NCBI GenBank assembly: GCA_023205875.1
Contig: CP060758.1
Span: 186,001 to 250,000, forward strand
Length of the DNA stretch: 64,000 bases
DNA from: Chloropicon primus
Taxonomy: Eukaryota
Direction: 5' to 3'
This document shows positions 24,963 through 37,061 of the stretch, one piece after another (position 1 is the stretch's first letter; each line of letters begins with the position of its first letter). The notes beneath the pieces were generated by a model that was not told where the DNA came from, made no database searches, and saw only the letters and a list, made by a program, of their open reading frames with translations. The position numbers and the translations under genes are program-made.

Positions 24963-27900
24963 CTATCGCCGAGAAGGGGCAGTACCAGGCCTGTCCCTTC
25001 GGAGTGATGAGGATCTGTCTTTCTTGTCGAGAAAACCCTGTGCAGTTCCCGGTCTCATCATCATTGTGCTAGTCGGGCTGCCGTACCTAGAAGTTGGGCT
25101 GCCGTATCTCGAAGTTGGGCTGCCGTATCTCGAAGATGTGGGGCTCGGGCTTCCTCGCCTGCTGCCATACCTTGAGGAATATCTCGAGTCCGACGAGTGC
25201 TGCCTCCTGAGACCGAGAGCAGTCGCAGGCCTGCCGTCGATGGGCCTGCCGCCTTGCTGCCTTGCAATGAGCCCAGATTTCATATTCGCTGTCGCAGAAG
25301 AGAACTTGCTTGCTAATCGATCCATCATGCTGGAAGACTTGCCAGCGGGAGCACTCTTAGGCCTGTTGCTCACACGCAAATGGGTTCCCGCTGCCTGGGG
25401 AAGCTCGCTCCTCGTAGGCCTCTTGTCCAAGCACCTCAAATCTTCTATGTACATCAGGTGCGCCACAGAGGCAGGGTGGCGCCCCTTGATCCCAACGAAG
25501 TTGAGTGGGGAGTTCGGCCGAGGGAAGTAAACCATCTTGGGTTTGATGGGGTCTGCGTCCTTTGCGCTCCACGGTCTAGATAAAGCCTTTCCTTGCTTTG
25601 CATCCGCCTCGGGCTTGGGCTCATAATTCTCCTGCGTGTGACCGTCGACGGAAAACTCCACATACTTTTGCTTCTCTTCGTTCTCAGCTTTCGCTGCGGC
25701 TTGTTCCTTCTTCTTTCGAATGACAATGTCGCTCGGCGTCGACATCTCGATGTTAATAATTGCCGGCTTCCTCTTCTGAAACCTTGACGAGGCGCCGAGA
25801 TCAATGCTTTCGCTGCTCGATTCCTTTGCCCCGCTCAAAGTCATCAGGTCAGCATCAGAGGACAAGGAATGACTCCTCGATGTCCTTGCACTCTCAGTCT
25901 TGGTTGCTGGAGCATGCTCCTCGGCACGGGCCTTCTCGCCCTCCTCCATCCTCTCGCCTTCTTGTTCCTCCCCCTCCACCGCTTCCTCCTCGTCTTCTTC
26001 AATCACAGTCTGCCACGTCTTCGGATCTTCCAAGGACCAGATATCGATGCCAAACATACCTACGTGTGTCCCTTGCCAAGTCCACAAACCAATGTGGCAA
26101 TCAGACGAAGCCGTCACAAGAAACGTTTCCATCTGACCCCTAATCTGCCTTTCCAAGACTTGGATGCTATTGACTGCGCCGGCGTGCCCTTTCCAAAACG
26201 TCACCAGATCAGGCCTGCTTCCATTTTTGAAGTCCAAGGACCACACTCGGAGCTCCCCTCCGACGTTTCCACTCGCCAGGTAGCAGGGTATCTCACTCGT
26301 CGCCGAAATCGACAGTCGTCTTTTCGCATTGCCTTTTCCCTCTGGCTCCACAGGTTTTCGTATGAAGTGAGCCATGGAGAGCACGCTCTCTCCCTTCTCT
26401 TCGCAATTCTTCCACCTGGAAACAAATTCACCCATGATGAAGTCGTACACGAATATCGTGTTTCCGGTGCCAGACGCAGCAACTCTATGGTACAAAAGCG
26501 GGCCGTAGTCCGTCATGGACTGGTGAATCAGGTAATCCTTGCTGCCCCTCGACCCGACATTCTTTGGGACGAACTCGACACATTCGATGGCTTTCTCGTA
26601 GTACTCAAAGTCCTCCATCCTGCATTCAAACTTGGCTTTTCCCTTTCCGCTTTCCAAGTTCCATATCCAGACCGTGCCATTGCCATCTCCGCTGGCCAAG
26701 AGGGGGGGCTCGATTTCGGACAAGACGCTCATGCACAGGACGTCATCCTTGTGATTCACCGGGAGGGACCCGAACGGCTTTGTCATCCGAAGGATTACGT
26801 CGTCATTTGCGGCATCTTCCCACACCGTAATGCTCCTTTTCGTCCCTGAGCCAAGTATGAACTTCGATAAGTTCTCTTGAGTCCTTGCTAGGGATTTCTC
26901 GCCAAGGCTGTAGTGGGCGATGGACGATATCTCGTTCTTGCTGGGGTTCTCCAAGTTTTTCAGGCACAGCCCGCTATTGTAGTTCCAGATTTGGACCCTG
27001 CCATCGCTGGCTGAAGTAATGAGCTTCCTGTTGTTCGGACTGTCTAAGCACATTGCGACAATTGTGGCGTCGTCATCAATGATGGACGTTTGGGAGTCCC
27101 CCTTCAGGCTCCCTTTCTTGCTCTTTTCCTGCGTGATCGTATTGAATTGGAACTGGGGCTTTCCCGTGTTGCTGTCCCAAAGGCAAGCCAATCCATATTT
27201 ATCGCAGCTGATAATGCCAGCAGTGTGAGAAGTGTAGACCGCGCTTACGACTGGTGCGGTGTGGCAGAAAGTGTGGTGGAAGCTTGACTCGTACTCCCTC
27301 TCCTCCTCTTGCAGCCGCATCAATCCTGCTTCATTCAGGACCCATTGCTTTGGCCTGATCGCACCAGTGATGATGCATTTCGCCCATTCATCGTACGCAA
27401 TAGCGTTGACGGTGTCTTCAGGCCTGTAGCTCTCGCCGTCCTTGAATATTTGGATGCTCCTTTGCATTCTCAGGTCCCAGATAGCGACAGTCTTGTCGAT
27501 GCTCAGGCTAATGATCTGGTTCTCAGGCTCGATGACAAGAATATCAGAGATCGCAGCTTTGTGCCCCTTCAGCTCCGCGATCGCCCTCTTCGTGAAAATG
27601 TTCCACAACACAAGGTTGCAGCCCATGCCCCCAGAGATAAGAAGCTTTTGGCTCGGGATCCAGTCGAAGGCATAGAGAGCCCTCTTCGTCCCGTCTGGCG
27701 TGTACGTCCTTGACATGGTTCGGTTCTTCTCGCCCTTCTCGAAATCAATCAGTCGCATCGTGCCGTCCAAAGACGCCGACCCAAGGGCGTTCATCTCCGG
27801 CAAGAAGAGGATCTTAGTGACCCAATCACTGTGCAGATGGTACTTCACCCTTGGGTGCATACTGTAGTGCGTGCTGATCCTGTTTTCCACCCCCAGGGAC

Positions 27901-28748
27901 ATGTACGGCCGCAGGCTCAACAGGTGCACGTATCCCTTGCTGTCTCCATAGGAGAGTAACTCTTGGTTGATGTTGCACAGGGCGTGAGGCACGTTGTTCG
28001 TGATCAGGTTGCCCAGGCAGTACTTCATGTTCAAATCGAATATCTTCAGCTGCCGAGCCACCGTGCAAGTCGCAAATGGCATCAGCTTCCTGTACTCCGG
28101 CAGCAAGGTCGCATCCGTGATCCAGGAGCTTCCCTGCGAGGGAAACGTGTACTCGTGCCTGATGGCATCGAAGGAGTACTCGTCTTGAACGTTCTTGCTC
28201 TTCGATTTCCAGGTCTTCACGATTCCGTCCCTCCCGCACGATATGTACCTATTGCCGCCCTTGAGAACCAGGATCCGGCTAATCATGTCCGTGTGGTCGC
28301 CCGGCAAGGAGATTTTGATGTTTCCACCTTTGATTTCCTTGGCCAAGTTCTTCTTTTCCGTGTACTTGACCCTCGACGAGTCTCTCGCAAGCCTCGCGGC
28401 CTGGTTCTCCACCAGCAAAAACGAGCTGAACTCGTTCCAGTCTATCTTCCCGTCCGCGTTTACGTCGACTCTCGAGAAGAACCTTCTCAGGAAACTTTCC
28501 TCTATCTTGAGGTTCAGCTTCAGCAGAATCTTCCCGAGTTCCACCACGAACTGGTCCTCCGTGAGCGCGGCATCGCTTCGCACCTGTCCCTGGTCGAAAA
28601 GTCGCTTCACGAGCTCAAGCGTCTCCACCGAAGAGAGACCTTCGAACGCCTCGTAGTCCAGCCTTTCTGCCTCCGTGTCTGCAATCGCGGAAGAAGGCCT
28701 CCGCATCCTCTGCGGCGATACTGGCCTGGACCCCGAGTTCGCAATCAT
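24963..28748 (-). CDS. EF-hand plus WD40-repeat protein, WDR49/EFCAB8/CFAP337-like
   Basis: FSRVDVNADGKIDWNEFSSFLL EF-hand, then many WD40 repeats (HSDWVTKI, LKGHKAAISDI...IWD, HKDDVLCM, WKGHAGAVNSI) and a low-complexity C-tail. First ATG is 28748; an upstream exon is possible. Confidence 0.75.
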   Translation of the reverse strand: MIANSGSRPVSPQRMRRPSSAIADTEAERLDYEAFEGLSSVETLELVKRLFDQGQVRSDAALTEDQFVVELGKILLKLNLKIEESFLRRFFSRVDVNADGKIDWNEFSSFLLVENQAARLARDSSRVKYTEKKNLAKEIKGGNIKISLPGDHTDMISRILVLKGGNRYISCGRDGIVKTWKSKSKNVQDEYSFDAIRHEYTFPSQGSSWITDATLLPEYRKLMPFATCTVARQLKIFDLNMKYCLGNLITNNVPHALCNINQELLSYGDSKGYVHLLSLRPYMSLGVENRISTHYSMHPRVKYHLHSDWVTKILFLPEMNALGSASLDGTMRLIDFEKGEKNRTMSRTYTPDGTKRALYAFDWIPSQKLLISGGMGCNLVLWNIFTKRAIAELKGHKAAISDILVIEPENQIISLSIDKTVAIWDLRMQRSIQIFKDGESYRPEDTVNAIAYDEWAKCIITGAIRPKQWVLNEAGLMRLQEEEREYESSFHHTFCHTAPVVSAVYTSHTAGIISCDKYGLACLWDSNTGKPQFQFNTITQEKSKKGSLKGDSQTSIIDDDATIVAMCLDSPNNRKLITSASDGRVQIWNYNSGLCLKNLENPSKNEISSIAHYSLGEKSLARTQENLSKFILGSGTKRSITVWEDAANDDVILRMTKPFGSLPVNHKDDVLCMSVLSEIEPPLLASGDGNGTVWIWNLESGKGKAKFECRMEDFEYYEKAIECVEFVPKNVGSRGSKDYLIHQSMTDYGPLLYHRVAASGTGNTIFVYDFIMGEFVSRWKNCEEKGESVLSMAHFIRKPVEPEGKGNAKRRLSISATSEIPCYLASGNVGGELRVWSLDFKNGSRPDLVTFWKGHAGAVNSIQVLERQIRGQMETFLVTASSDCHIGLWTWQGTHVGMFGIDIWSLEDPKTWQTVIEEDEEEAVEGEEQEGERMEEGEKARAEEHAPATKTESARTSRSHSLSSDADLMTLSGAKESSSESIDLGASSRFQKRKPAIINIEMSTPSDIVIRKKKEQAAAKAENEEKQKYVEFSVDGHTQENYEPKPEADAKQGKALSRPWSAKDADPIKPKMVYFPRPNSPLNFVGIKGRHPASVAHLMYIEDLRCLDKRPTRSELPQAAGTHLRVSNRPKSAPAGKSSSMMDRLASKFSSATANMKSGLIARQQGGRPIDGRPATALGLRRQHSSDSRYSSRYGSRRGSPSPTSSRYGSPTSRYGSPTSRYGSPTSTMMMRPGTAQGFLDKKDRSSSLRRDRPGTAPSRR

Positions 28749-29486
28749 CTTTCTTCTCTCGCAAGGCCTCTCCCTCTCCTCCAGTGTGTCCTGCTCCCCC
28801 TCCCAACTACAAAAAACCACCAGTGAGGGCTTCCTCAACCCCCTTTCTTGGCCAAGCAAACGCAGGTCGGCCGCTTCAGCCTCTGCAGGGACTCGTCTCA
28901 CCCTCTTGGCTTCCAACGGGCGCTACCAGTGTCACCTCAACCAACCTTTACCGAAGACATCCATGCACTTTGCTGGTTTGCCTGTGCTGGTTTGCCTGTG
29001 CTGCAGGGTGGTCCAACGGAGTGGAAACCAAAGGACCTTGGCGACAACACAAAGGTTCCAAAGATGGTCTTGGGTCGTATCCTGTGCTGTGTCGACGAGT
29101 GCGCGGTCCTGGTGCTGTGCTCCCGAGGTCAAGGACCCGAACAAGACTCTGTCTTGGCCTGTCTGAGGAGTCCTACGCGCCTACGCCTTGGCCTCCTTGA
29201 ATTTGAAATTGAAAAAATCCTTTGACTTTGGCAAAGTGACAAAATGCATGGGGACGAGAATGGACGAGGGAGCTACCCGGCGGGGGGAATGGGGAAGGGT
29301 GACAATCCGGATTGGATCCAATCCAGTTTGGTGCAACAACAACGACAACAAGGAGTCTCCGCAGGAACACAGGAAGGGGGGCAACAGGATTGAGGATTGA
29401 AGATTGAGGATGATGAAGATTGAGGATGATGCAGGGAAAGTCGAAATCGCTGTTGTTCACAACTTGGTTTGGTGTTACTCTCTTGA

Positions 29487-30569
29487 TCAATCAAAGTCTG
29501 TTCTGCTCGTGTCGACGCGGAAACTCTTTTGGATGGCGTGAAGAGCGTCCTTGGAAGTTCTCCATTGTCTGCGCCAGTCCAGCGCGCGCGTTACGCGAAG
29601 ACGGAAGAAGGAGGTGAGAAGGGTCAGCTCGAGGAGAAGGAGCAAAACAGCAGCGGCGGTCGTACCTTCCATTAGCCCTGAGCGCGATGATGAAGACTCT
29701 GTTCTTGAACGCAGTCGCGGAGAGCAAGTCGTGCGACTTCGTTTCCCAGATGTAGTAGGTCAGTGCGTCACCGCCGAGCTTCTTCGACATGGTCTCCTGA
29801 TTCACGACGTCGTCCTCCTCCACGGGGCCTCCCAAGATCTCCGGGGCAAAGCCGTTCAGAACTTTGTCCGGGCTCCCGATGTCCTCTATCCTCACATCGG
29901 CGTTGAAGCCCACGTTCATGAATCGAAGCACAGGTGCCACCACGACAGCGAGCTGCCCCTCATCCTGCACATCACACACACACATAAGCACACACACACA
30001 AGCACACACAACGCACGCACGAGGAGCAGAGACAAGCGAGCGAGGAAAGAGTTTGCGACGTTGATGAGACTTGTGTGGTTTGCAAAGAAGAGTCAAAATC
30101 CTGTGACGAGAGAACTCACCGATTTCGCGAACCTGACGTCAATCTCAGTCCCACCGAGGTCAGCAATCGAGACGGCTTCCTCCTTCCAACCATCGGGGAC
30201 GCGGAACTGGTACTTTGGTATCTCGCTCCAGCCTATGCCATGTCCGCCCATCTTCCCCTCCGGCCTGGAATACGTTCTGAATCCTTCCGAGTCCACGCCG
30301 CTCAGGCCAGGTATCCTCCCCGCTGTCATGCCCTGGACAGCTTCCGTGGGCTTGGCCACGAGGAGTTGGCCACCGAGGAGTGCCACCCCACCACCGAGGA
30401 GCGCCTCCCTCCTCGACGACGACGACGAGGAGGCCGAGGTCGAGGACATTTCAGGACCGGCACCTTTCCTCCCGTTCGCTCGCACTCCCCGCCTCGTCAC
30501 TCCTCCACTCCTCCTCCCAGGCGCCAAGCAGGGCCCTACGCCACGCAAGGTGGTTGGCGTCCCCTTCAT
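29487..30569 (-). CDS. PPD6: PsbP-domain protein 6, thylakoid lumen; 3 exons (30569-30120, 29964-29666, 29568-29487)
   Basis: Transit peptide plus Tat signal SRREALL...TEA; KMGGHGIGWSE, VSIADLGGTEIDVRF and VVVAPVLRF match PPD6; splice sites are in frame. Confidence 0.88.
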
Positions 30570-30963
30570 CCCCCCCTCTCTCTCTCTCTTTCTCTCTCTC
30601 TCTCTTGAGCAAGCGCGCGCGTGGATTGTGATAGCGAAGGGGTACGAGCGAGACCTACCGCACGCCTCTGTCCCTCCGCTGGGCGTCGTCGTCCTCGTCG
30701 TCCTCGTCCTTCCCTTCTCTCGCGCTCGTCCGCTGCTGCTGGAGATTGGACGAGATCTTTTTATAAGGATAAGGGAAGATCTCCATCGAGTGGAGGACGG
30801 AAGGAAGGATGAGATGATGATGATGAGGGACAAGGCTTCCTTTCGCCTCCCTTTTCTTTTACTTTATTATTCTCGTAGCCCTTAGACCTATTCGAAGAAC
30901 ATGGCCTCGCTCGCTCGTTTCGCTTTGAGTTTTGTTGTCCTGTTATTACTCTATCAATTCTAT

Positions 30964-31836
30964 CTATTTGATTGTGGTTCCGTCTGGAGCTGGGACGCTG
31001 ATTTTCCCCGAGGGTACGCAGAAGGCGTGGTCCTGGAAGTGAGCGACGCCGCCCTTCACCTTCAACGATTTGCCGACGCCGCCCCACACCGTGGAGCTGA
31101 GCTTCTTGGTGAATTTTTCCGCAGGCTGCATTCCCTCCAGGAAGACGATGTCCCCGGGTTGAGCTCCCTCGGGGGGCACGAGCGTCTTCACGGCCACGCC
31201 CTCGCCGCTCTCGAACTCTGCCGCCAGTATCATCGCCTCGCTAGGCGTTCCCGCGAGCTTGGCCTTCTTCAAGTTGGCGACGCAGACCACGAGAACCCCT
31301 TGCAGCTGATCGATCGGGATGTGCTTCTGCAGTCCCGCCACGACCTGCCTGGTCTCCCCGCCCCCGATGTCGAGCTTGCACACGTAGAGCTTCTCGGAGT
31401 CCGGGTGGCACTCCACGCTCGTCACCCTAGCCACCTTGAAGAGGACCTTCGCAAAGTCCTCGACGCCCCCGGCCGGGGCCGCCTTGGTCGCCTTGTCGTC
31501 CTTTGCTGCCTTGGACGTCGAAGCTTTCTGGGCCGGCGCCTGGTTCACTGGCTTCACCACCGGCTTCAGCATCCCCCTCAGGTAGCTGTTGTCCTTCACG
31601 AACGCCTCAGGCATCGGGCACTGCGACTCGAACGGCTTGGTCATCAAGTACCCACTCTTCGGGCACCTCACCTTTCCCACGTACGATGGCGGTGGGGACC
31701 TCTCCTTCGCCCAAGGATCGTCCGGGTCGAACTTGATGCTCGGCATCTCCAATCCCTGTCTCGCAGCCTCTTGCTCCATGTCAATCAAAAGACCGTCAAG
31801 CTTCCCAATCGCTTCGTCCAAGTGCCCTGCCGTCAT
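30964..31836 (-). CDS. tRNA-binding OB-fold protein (EMAP II/Arc1p/MetRS C-terminal type)
   Basis: VECHPDSEKLYVCKLDIG, RQVVAGL, VANLKKAKLAGTPSEAMIL and PPEGAQPGD; likely start MTAGHL at 31836. Confidence 0.88.
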   Translation of the reverse strand: MTAGHLDEAIGKLDGLLIDMEQEAARQGLEMPSIKFDPDDPWAKERSPPPSYVGKVRCPKSGYLMTKPFESQCPMPEAFVKDNSYLRGMLKPVVKPVNQAPAQKASTSKAAKDDKATKAAPAGGVEDFAKVLFKVARVTSVECHPDSEKLYVCKLDIGGGETRQVVAGLQKHIPIDQLQGVLVVCVANLKKAKLAGTPSEAMILAAEFESGEGVAVKTLVPPEGAQPGDIVFLEGMQPAEKFTKKLSSTVWGGVGKSLKVKGGVAHFQDHAFCVPSGKISVPAPDGTTIK

Positions 31837-32298
31837 CGAAAACCTTGCTTCTCTCTCTCTCTCTCTCTCTGCCGAGAAAAACGACGTAAACGTTCGCGTC
31901 AGGGACTCGATTCGAACAAGCGACCCGTCCACGGAAAGATCACGAGATGACGCGTCGATCTCCGTCACCACCTCTTGGTCCAACCCTCTTCTTCGTTGAG
32001 CAATCTCGTGCCGAAGACTTACCTCTCGCCGCCCCCTTCCTTTCCGTCTCTCGGTTTCTTTATTCTCGTGGTCGAGAGAGAACCGCGTCGGCAACGAAGA
32101 AGGGAAGGGTGAAGGTGAAGGAGGGACGTTTCGACGGTGTTTTGAGGACGGAGAGGGAGAGGGGAGGGTGGTAGAGGCACGCGGATCGATAGATCGTCTC
32201 GCGGTCTTTCCGACGATACCTTGGTTGCGTGATTTGGCGGCCGGAGTCACGAGCTAGGTCGGGAGAGGTGGCGAGGGGGAAGCGAGGAGGGCGAGAGC

Positions 32299-35085
32299 AT
32301 GGTGACTGGAGGGGCAGGTGCGGTGGTGGGAGGGCTGAGGAGGGCCCTCGCACACAACGAAGGGCTGAGCCTGGCGTCCAAGCATGCTTTGGAGGCCTGC
32401 TTCGCCGGGACTGCGAGGAGGTTTGAGCGAGAGCTCGCGAAAGGGTTGCCCGTCTCTTCGTTCAGGTTGGCCCAGAAAGCTTTCAAGGAGTCATGGTTCC
32501 TGACTCGAGCTGGAAGTGGGAAGCAGCAGGCGTCGCAGCTTCACTCCGCGGCGAGGAGCTTCTTGAGGAACCTCCAAAGGGAGCACGCGAAGATCAAGGC
32601 GGAGAAGAAGTCCTTCTCGACCAAAGCCGAGGGAGGTGGAGGTGGAGGAGGTGGCGGTGGTGGAGCCAAGAAACCAAAGTCGGACGGCAAGAAGGGCTCG
32701 GGCAAGGACGCCAGCAAGGCCGAGAAGGCGGGATCCGCGGGAAGCAAGAGGTCCGCCAAGACCGGCTCCAAGGAGGACGCTTCCCCAAAGTGGAAGGACT
32801 TTTTCCCCGCCAGCTTGTCCAAGGCGAAGGGGAAGCAGCAAGGGAAGCAGAAGCAGAAGGGCGGTCCCGAAGGAAAGAAAGACTTTGAGAAGGAAGACTT
32901 CCAGAACATGAGGCAGATCATGAGCACGGTCCTGAACTGGGGTCTCCTCCTCGTGGGCCTCGCCGCACTCGAGGAGTTTTCCAGGGGCATGAGCGGACCG
33001 AGCGCGGGAAGGAAAGAGATCTCGTTCCAGGAGTTCCAGAACAAACTCCTGCGCAACGGGCTGGTGCAGCAAGTCACGGTGGTGAACAAGAGCCTGGTCA
33101 AGGTTTACGTCAAGGCGGAGGACAAGAAGATCAAGGAGGACATCGCCTGGGATAAGATGGTGTCGTACCGACCTGAGTCCGCTAGCGAAGTCCCCGGGGC
33201 TGACATCAAGAATGAGACCTACCAGAGCGCGAGGCAGAAGGAGCTGGAGAGGGTGCGCAGCCAGCCATATGGATCTGTCGAGGGCGCAGGAAGGGCTAGC
33301 GACGGAAACTACAAGTTTTACTTCAACATAGGAAGCGTGGAGGCTTTCGAGAGGAAGCTCGAGGAGATTCAGACCCAGATGGGCGTGGACTCGAAGAACT
33401 TCATTCCGGTGACCTACACCACGGAGGTGTCCTGGCAAAACGAGCTGTACAGGTACTTGCCGACCCTCCTGTTCTTCGGGGGCCTGTTGTACCTCACTTC
33501 CAGGCAGATGGGTCAGATGGGAGGCGGCGGAGGCGGTGGAATCGGAAGAATCTTCAGCGTCGGCAAGGCAAACATAACGACTGTGGACGGCAAGTCAAAG
33601 GCGAAGGTCACCTTCAAGGACGTGGCCGGGTGCCAGGAGGCCAAGACCGAGATCATGGAGTTCGTCTCGTTCTTGAAGGACCCCGCAAAGTACGAGGAGC
33701 TCGGCGCTCGCATCCCGAAAGGTGCTCTGCTCGTCGGGCCTCCAGGAACTGGAAAGACCCTGCTGGCCAAGGCAACCGCGGGTGAAGCCGGCGTCCCCTT
33801 CCTCTCAATCAGTGGAAGTGACTTCATGGAGATGTTCGTGGGCGTTGGCCCGGCTCGAGTCAGGGACTTGTTCGCAAAGGCGAGGACGCAGTCCCCGTCG
33901 ATCATCTTCATCGATGAGATTGATGCGATCGGGAGGCAGAGGGGCAGGGGTGGGATGGGCGGAAACGACGAGAGGGAGAACACCTTGAACCAGCTTCTTG
34001 TCGAGATGGATGGATTTGCGACTACAACGGGTGTGGTAATCCTTGCGGGCACGAACAGGCCTGATATTCTGGACAGGGCGCTGCTCCGTCCGGGAAGGTT
34101 TGACAGGCAGATTTCCTTGGACAGGCCTGATATCACTGGGAGGGAGCAGATCTTCAACGTCCACCTCGCGAAGATCAAAACAGAGAAGGAGATTGATTAC
34201 TACAAGCAGAGGCTGGCGGCCCTCACTCCAGGGTTTGCTGGAGCTGACATCGCGAACGTTTGCAACGAGGCCGCGCTCATTGCGGCGAGGCAAAAGAAGC
34301 AGTTTGTGCAGATGATAGACTTCGAGGGTGCCATCGACCGCGTGATCGGAGGGCTGGAGAAGAAGAACAAGGTGATATCGAAAGAGGAGAGGAGAACTGT
34401 GGCGTACCACGAGGCCGGCCACGCGGTGGTGGGCTGGTTCTTGGAGTTCGCCGAGCCCCTTCTCAAGGTCTCGATCGTCCCCAGAGGGACAGCTGCGTTG
34501 GGCTTCGCTCAGTACTTGCCTAACGAGAACCTTCTCATGACAAAGGAGCAGATCAGGGACATGATCTGCATGACCTTGGGCGGAAGGGCGGCGGAGGAGA
34601 TCATGATCGGAAAGATTTCCACGGGGGCGCAGAACGACTTGGAGAGGATCACGAAGATGGCGTACTCTCAGGTTTCCTTGTACGGCATGAGCGAATCCGT
34701 TGGCCTGGTGTCTTTCCCTAGCGACAACGAGACCTTCCTCAAACCTTACAGCGATGAGACGGCTCAGATGATCGACATGGAAGCCAGGGCGCTTATCGAT
34801 GCCTGCTACAAGAGAACTCTGGAGATGGTCACGGAGAGGAAGGACTTGGTCACTGAGCTGGCCGAGGCTCTGCTGAAGAAGGAGGTGCTGAATCTCGAGG
34901 ACCTGAACGAGATTCTCGGGGAGAGGCCTTTCAAGAGTGTCGAGATCCGCAACATAGACAAGTACCAAGGGAAGACTGACGCGGACGAAGCTAGTGATGA
35001 TTCTCAAGTCGATTCGGAGAAGGACTTGGGCGATATCCCTGGCGGTATTAACCTTGCGTTCAAGCAGGGTGGTGGCGAGAAGTAA
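32299..35085 (+). CDS. Mitochondrial m-AAA metalloprotease (AFG3/FtsH3/FtsH10 type)
   Basis: Two TM segments, Walker A GPPGTGKT, Walker [26 protein letters not shown] zinc motif, ALGFAQYLP. Confidence 0.95.
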   Translation: MVTGGAGAVVGGLRRALAHNEGLSLASKHALEACFAGTARRFERELAKGLPVSSFRLAQKAFKESWFLTRAGSGKQQASQLHSAARSFLRNLQREHAKIKAEKKSFSTKAEGGGGGGGGGGGAKKPKSDGKKGSGKDASKAEKAGSAGSKRSAKTGSKEDASPKWKDFFPASLSKAKGKQQGKQKQKGGPEGKKDFEKEDFQNMRQIMSTVLNWGLLLVGLAALEEFSRGMSGPSAGRKEISFQEFQNKLLRNGLVQQVTVVNKSLVKVYVKAEDKKIKEDIAWDKMVSYRPESASEVPGADIKNETYQSARQKELERVRSQPYGSVEGAGRASDGNYKFYFNIGSVEAFERKLEEIQTQMGVDSKNFIPVTYTTEVSWQNELYRYLPTLLFFGGLLYLTSRQMGQMGGGGGGGIGRIFSVGKANITTVDGKSKAKVTFKDVAGCQEAKTEIMEFVSFLKDPAKYEELGARIPKGALLVGPPGTGKTLLAKATAGEAGVPFLSISGSDFMEMFVGVGPARVRDLFAKARTQSPSIIFIDEIDAIGRQRGRGGMGGNDERENTLNQLLVEMDGFATTTGVVILAGTNRPDILDRALLRPGRFDRQISLDRPDITGREQIFNVHLAKIKTEKEIDYYKQRLAALTPGFAGADIANVCNEAALIAARQKKQFVQMIDFEGAIDRVIGGLEKKNKVISKEERRTVAYHEAGHAVVGWFLEFAEPLLKVSIVPRGTAALGFAQYLPNENLLMTKEQIRDMICMTLGGRAAEEIMIGKISTGAQNDLERITKMAYSQVSLYGMSESVGLVSFPSDNETFLKPYSDETAQMIDMEARALIDACYKRTLEMVTERKDLVTELAEALLKKEVLNLEDLNEILGERPFKSVEIRNIDKYQGKTDADEASDDSQVDSEKDLGDIPGGINLAFKQGGGEK

Positions 35086-35162
35086 CATACGAAAAACAAC
35101 AACAACGAAATTTTGTATATTCATAAATATTTTTATATTACAACAGGAAAGTTGCTTCGCTC

Positions 35163-36696
35163 TCACAGCAACCACAGCCACCCCAGCAGCGCACCGACCA
35201 TGAGACCCAGCAACAAGAACCAGACCATGAGCATTTCAGTCTTCTCAGCATCCCGGTGGTTGACCAAGCTCGGAGCTTTCATCAGGCAGTTTGAGGTGAG
35301 CCAACCGTTCGAAAACCCGAGGAAAGCCGTGATCACCGAGACGTACATCGGCCCGAGGGGCTCCCCTTTCAAGAACTCTGGCCCAAAAGTGGCCAGGATG
35401 TACAAGATGTAGAAGGCGCACCTGAAGATGGAGACCATGAAGAGACCAACCGCGCTGTGCAACCTGAATCGCTCGTACACAGGGCAGCTCTTGCCGATAA
35501 AATCCATGACGTTGAACCCCAGGATGAGCACGATGGCGTACCAGTCTCCAAGCGTTTCCGACTCGACGTCCTCCGCGAGAAAACCCGGGAATATAGACAG
35601 AGTCACCGCGTAGCTAAAGAAGAGTCCCAGTCCGAGGGGCCAAGTCCTCGAGAAAATTTGCCGTATCGAGGAACCCTCCTCTTCCACTACAGGCTGACCC
35701 TCAGCCCCCGCGTCCGATTGGGTGAGCCCAGCCTTCTCTTCGTCCCCTGCGTTCAGGCCCATAAAGTGCCTGTACACCGGGAGCTTTGAAAGGGCGGCCT
35801 GGACAAAGATGCAGAACACGCAGAACGTCCCCGCTACCCCAAAGTACAAGTACGTGCTCCTCCTCAACCCAGCCTCGTCCTGAGAGATCAGAGCCTTTGT
35901 CAAGACCCTGAGCACGGAGATGACCACGCCGCTCACCGAGGTGCCACTCACAACGGCTTGCGTGTACCTCGCAGGCAGCACTGCTGCTGAGCCAAACACG
36001 CTGCCCTGGGCAACGCCATCCGCTAGACCGCATATTGCCACGGCGGCCACAGTGAAGTTCCAAGTGCTCCCTGTGCTCTCCTCACCGATGAGGGCCACAT
36101 CAATCAGGGGCACGCTGAACAAGCAGAACAAGTAGAGCGTGAACCCAGAGTAAATCCTCTTGTTGTACGTCAAGTTCAAGTCGTTCACTTCAATGCGGAG
36201 AGAGAGAGAGAGAGAGAGCCATCGCAGAAGCAATCGAGTCAGTACAGACATTGCTTTTCGCAACAGCATTGGAGCGAAACGTCACGGACAACTTACCGAG
36301 CAGCAGGCCCAGGACCACCAAGTTTGGAAACATGTACGCGACGGTGAAGACTCTGTCTACGTGCTGGTCCGGGTAGAGGTCCTGGAAGTAATCCACCGCC
36401 GTGATGAAGGCATTGAACGGGAACAACACTCCCGTCCCTAGCGAGAAGTAAGCCAAGTAACACAAGTTCCTCTCATCTCGTGGCCCCTCCCCTTGGTCAT
36501 CCCCATCATGAACAACGTAACTCCTTCCGTCCTGTTGCTCCGTTCCCTTCCCTCGTCCGTTCTCCAGCTCCACCTCGAAGTACGTCTTGCCGATGTTGTC
36601 GTCCAGACCCTCACCCTCATCCAGGTTCTCGCCCAGGTGCTCATACTTCCCTCCTCCTCCATTGCCATTGAGGTACTCGGCCACGGCGCCCTTCAT
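35163..36696 (-). CDS. Equilibrative nucleoside transporter (ENT/SLC29); 2 exons (36696-36297, 36187-35163)
   Basis: LGTGVLFPFNAFITAVDYF, VTLSIFPGF, FNVMDFIGK and GFSNGWL; multi-TM; the intron contains (CT)n. Confidence 0.92.
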
Positions 36697-36777
36697 CCCC
36701 CTCTGTCTGCTTCACCAGCTGGCGCACCAGGGAGGAGCGTCTTCGAAGGAGGAGCGAAGGAGGAGCGAAGGAGGAGA

Positions 36778-37055
36778 GCAGGAGGAGGAAGGGGGGAGAT
36801 TAAGGGTGAGAAACCGGTAGAGAGTCTCGAGAGCTTTCGAAAGAGCCGTCGCTTGAGAGGAATGGAGCTCTGGTGAGGATTGAGGAGGAGGAGGAGAGTG
36901 GAGTGAGGGGACGAGGGGACTCCATAGAGGAAGAGGAGAGAGGAAGCGCAGGAGGAGGAAGGGGGGAGCTTAAGGGTGAGAAAGCGGTAGAGAGTCTCGA
37001 GAGCTTTCGAAAGAACCGTCGCTTGAGAGGAATGGCGCTCTAGTGAGGATTGAGG
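36778..37055. repeat. Imperfect direct duplication (~108 bp x 2, offset 170 bp) in a divergent promoter region
   Basis: gcaggaggaggaaggggggag...gtctcgagagctttcgaaaga...gtgaggattgagg at 36778 and 36948. Confidence 0.9.
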
Positions 37056-37061
37056 CTGAGG

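Noticed and set aside
28750..29486. Short ORFs upstream of the WD40 gene
   Set aside because: No motifs or consistent splice model; probably UTR or intergenic.
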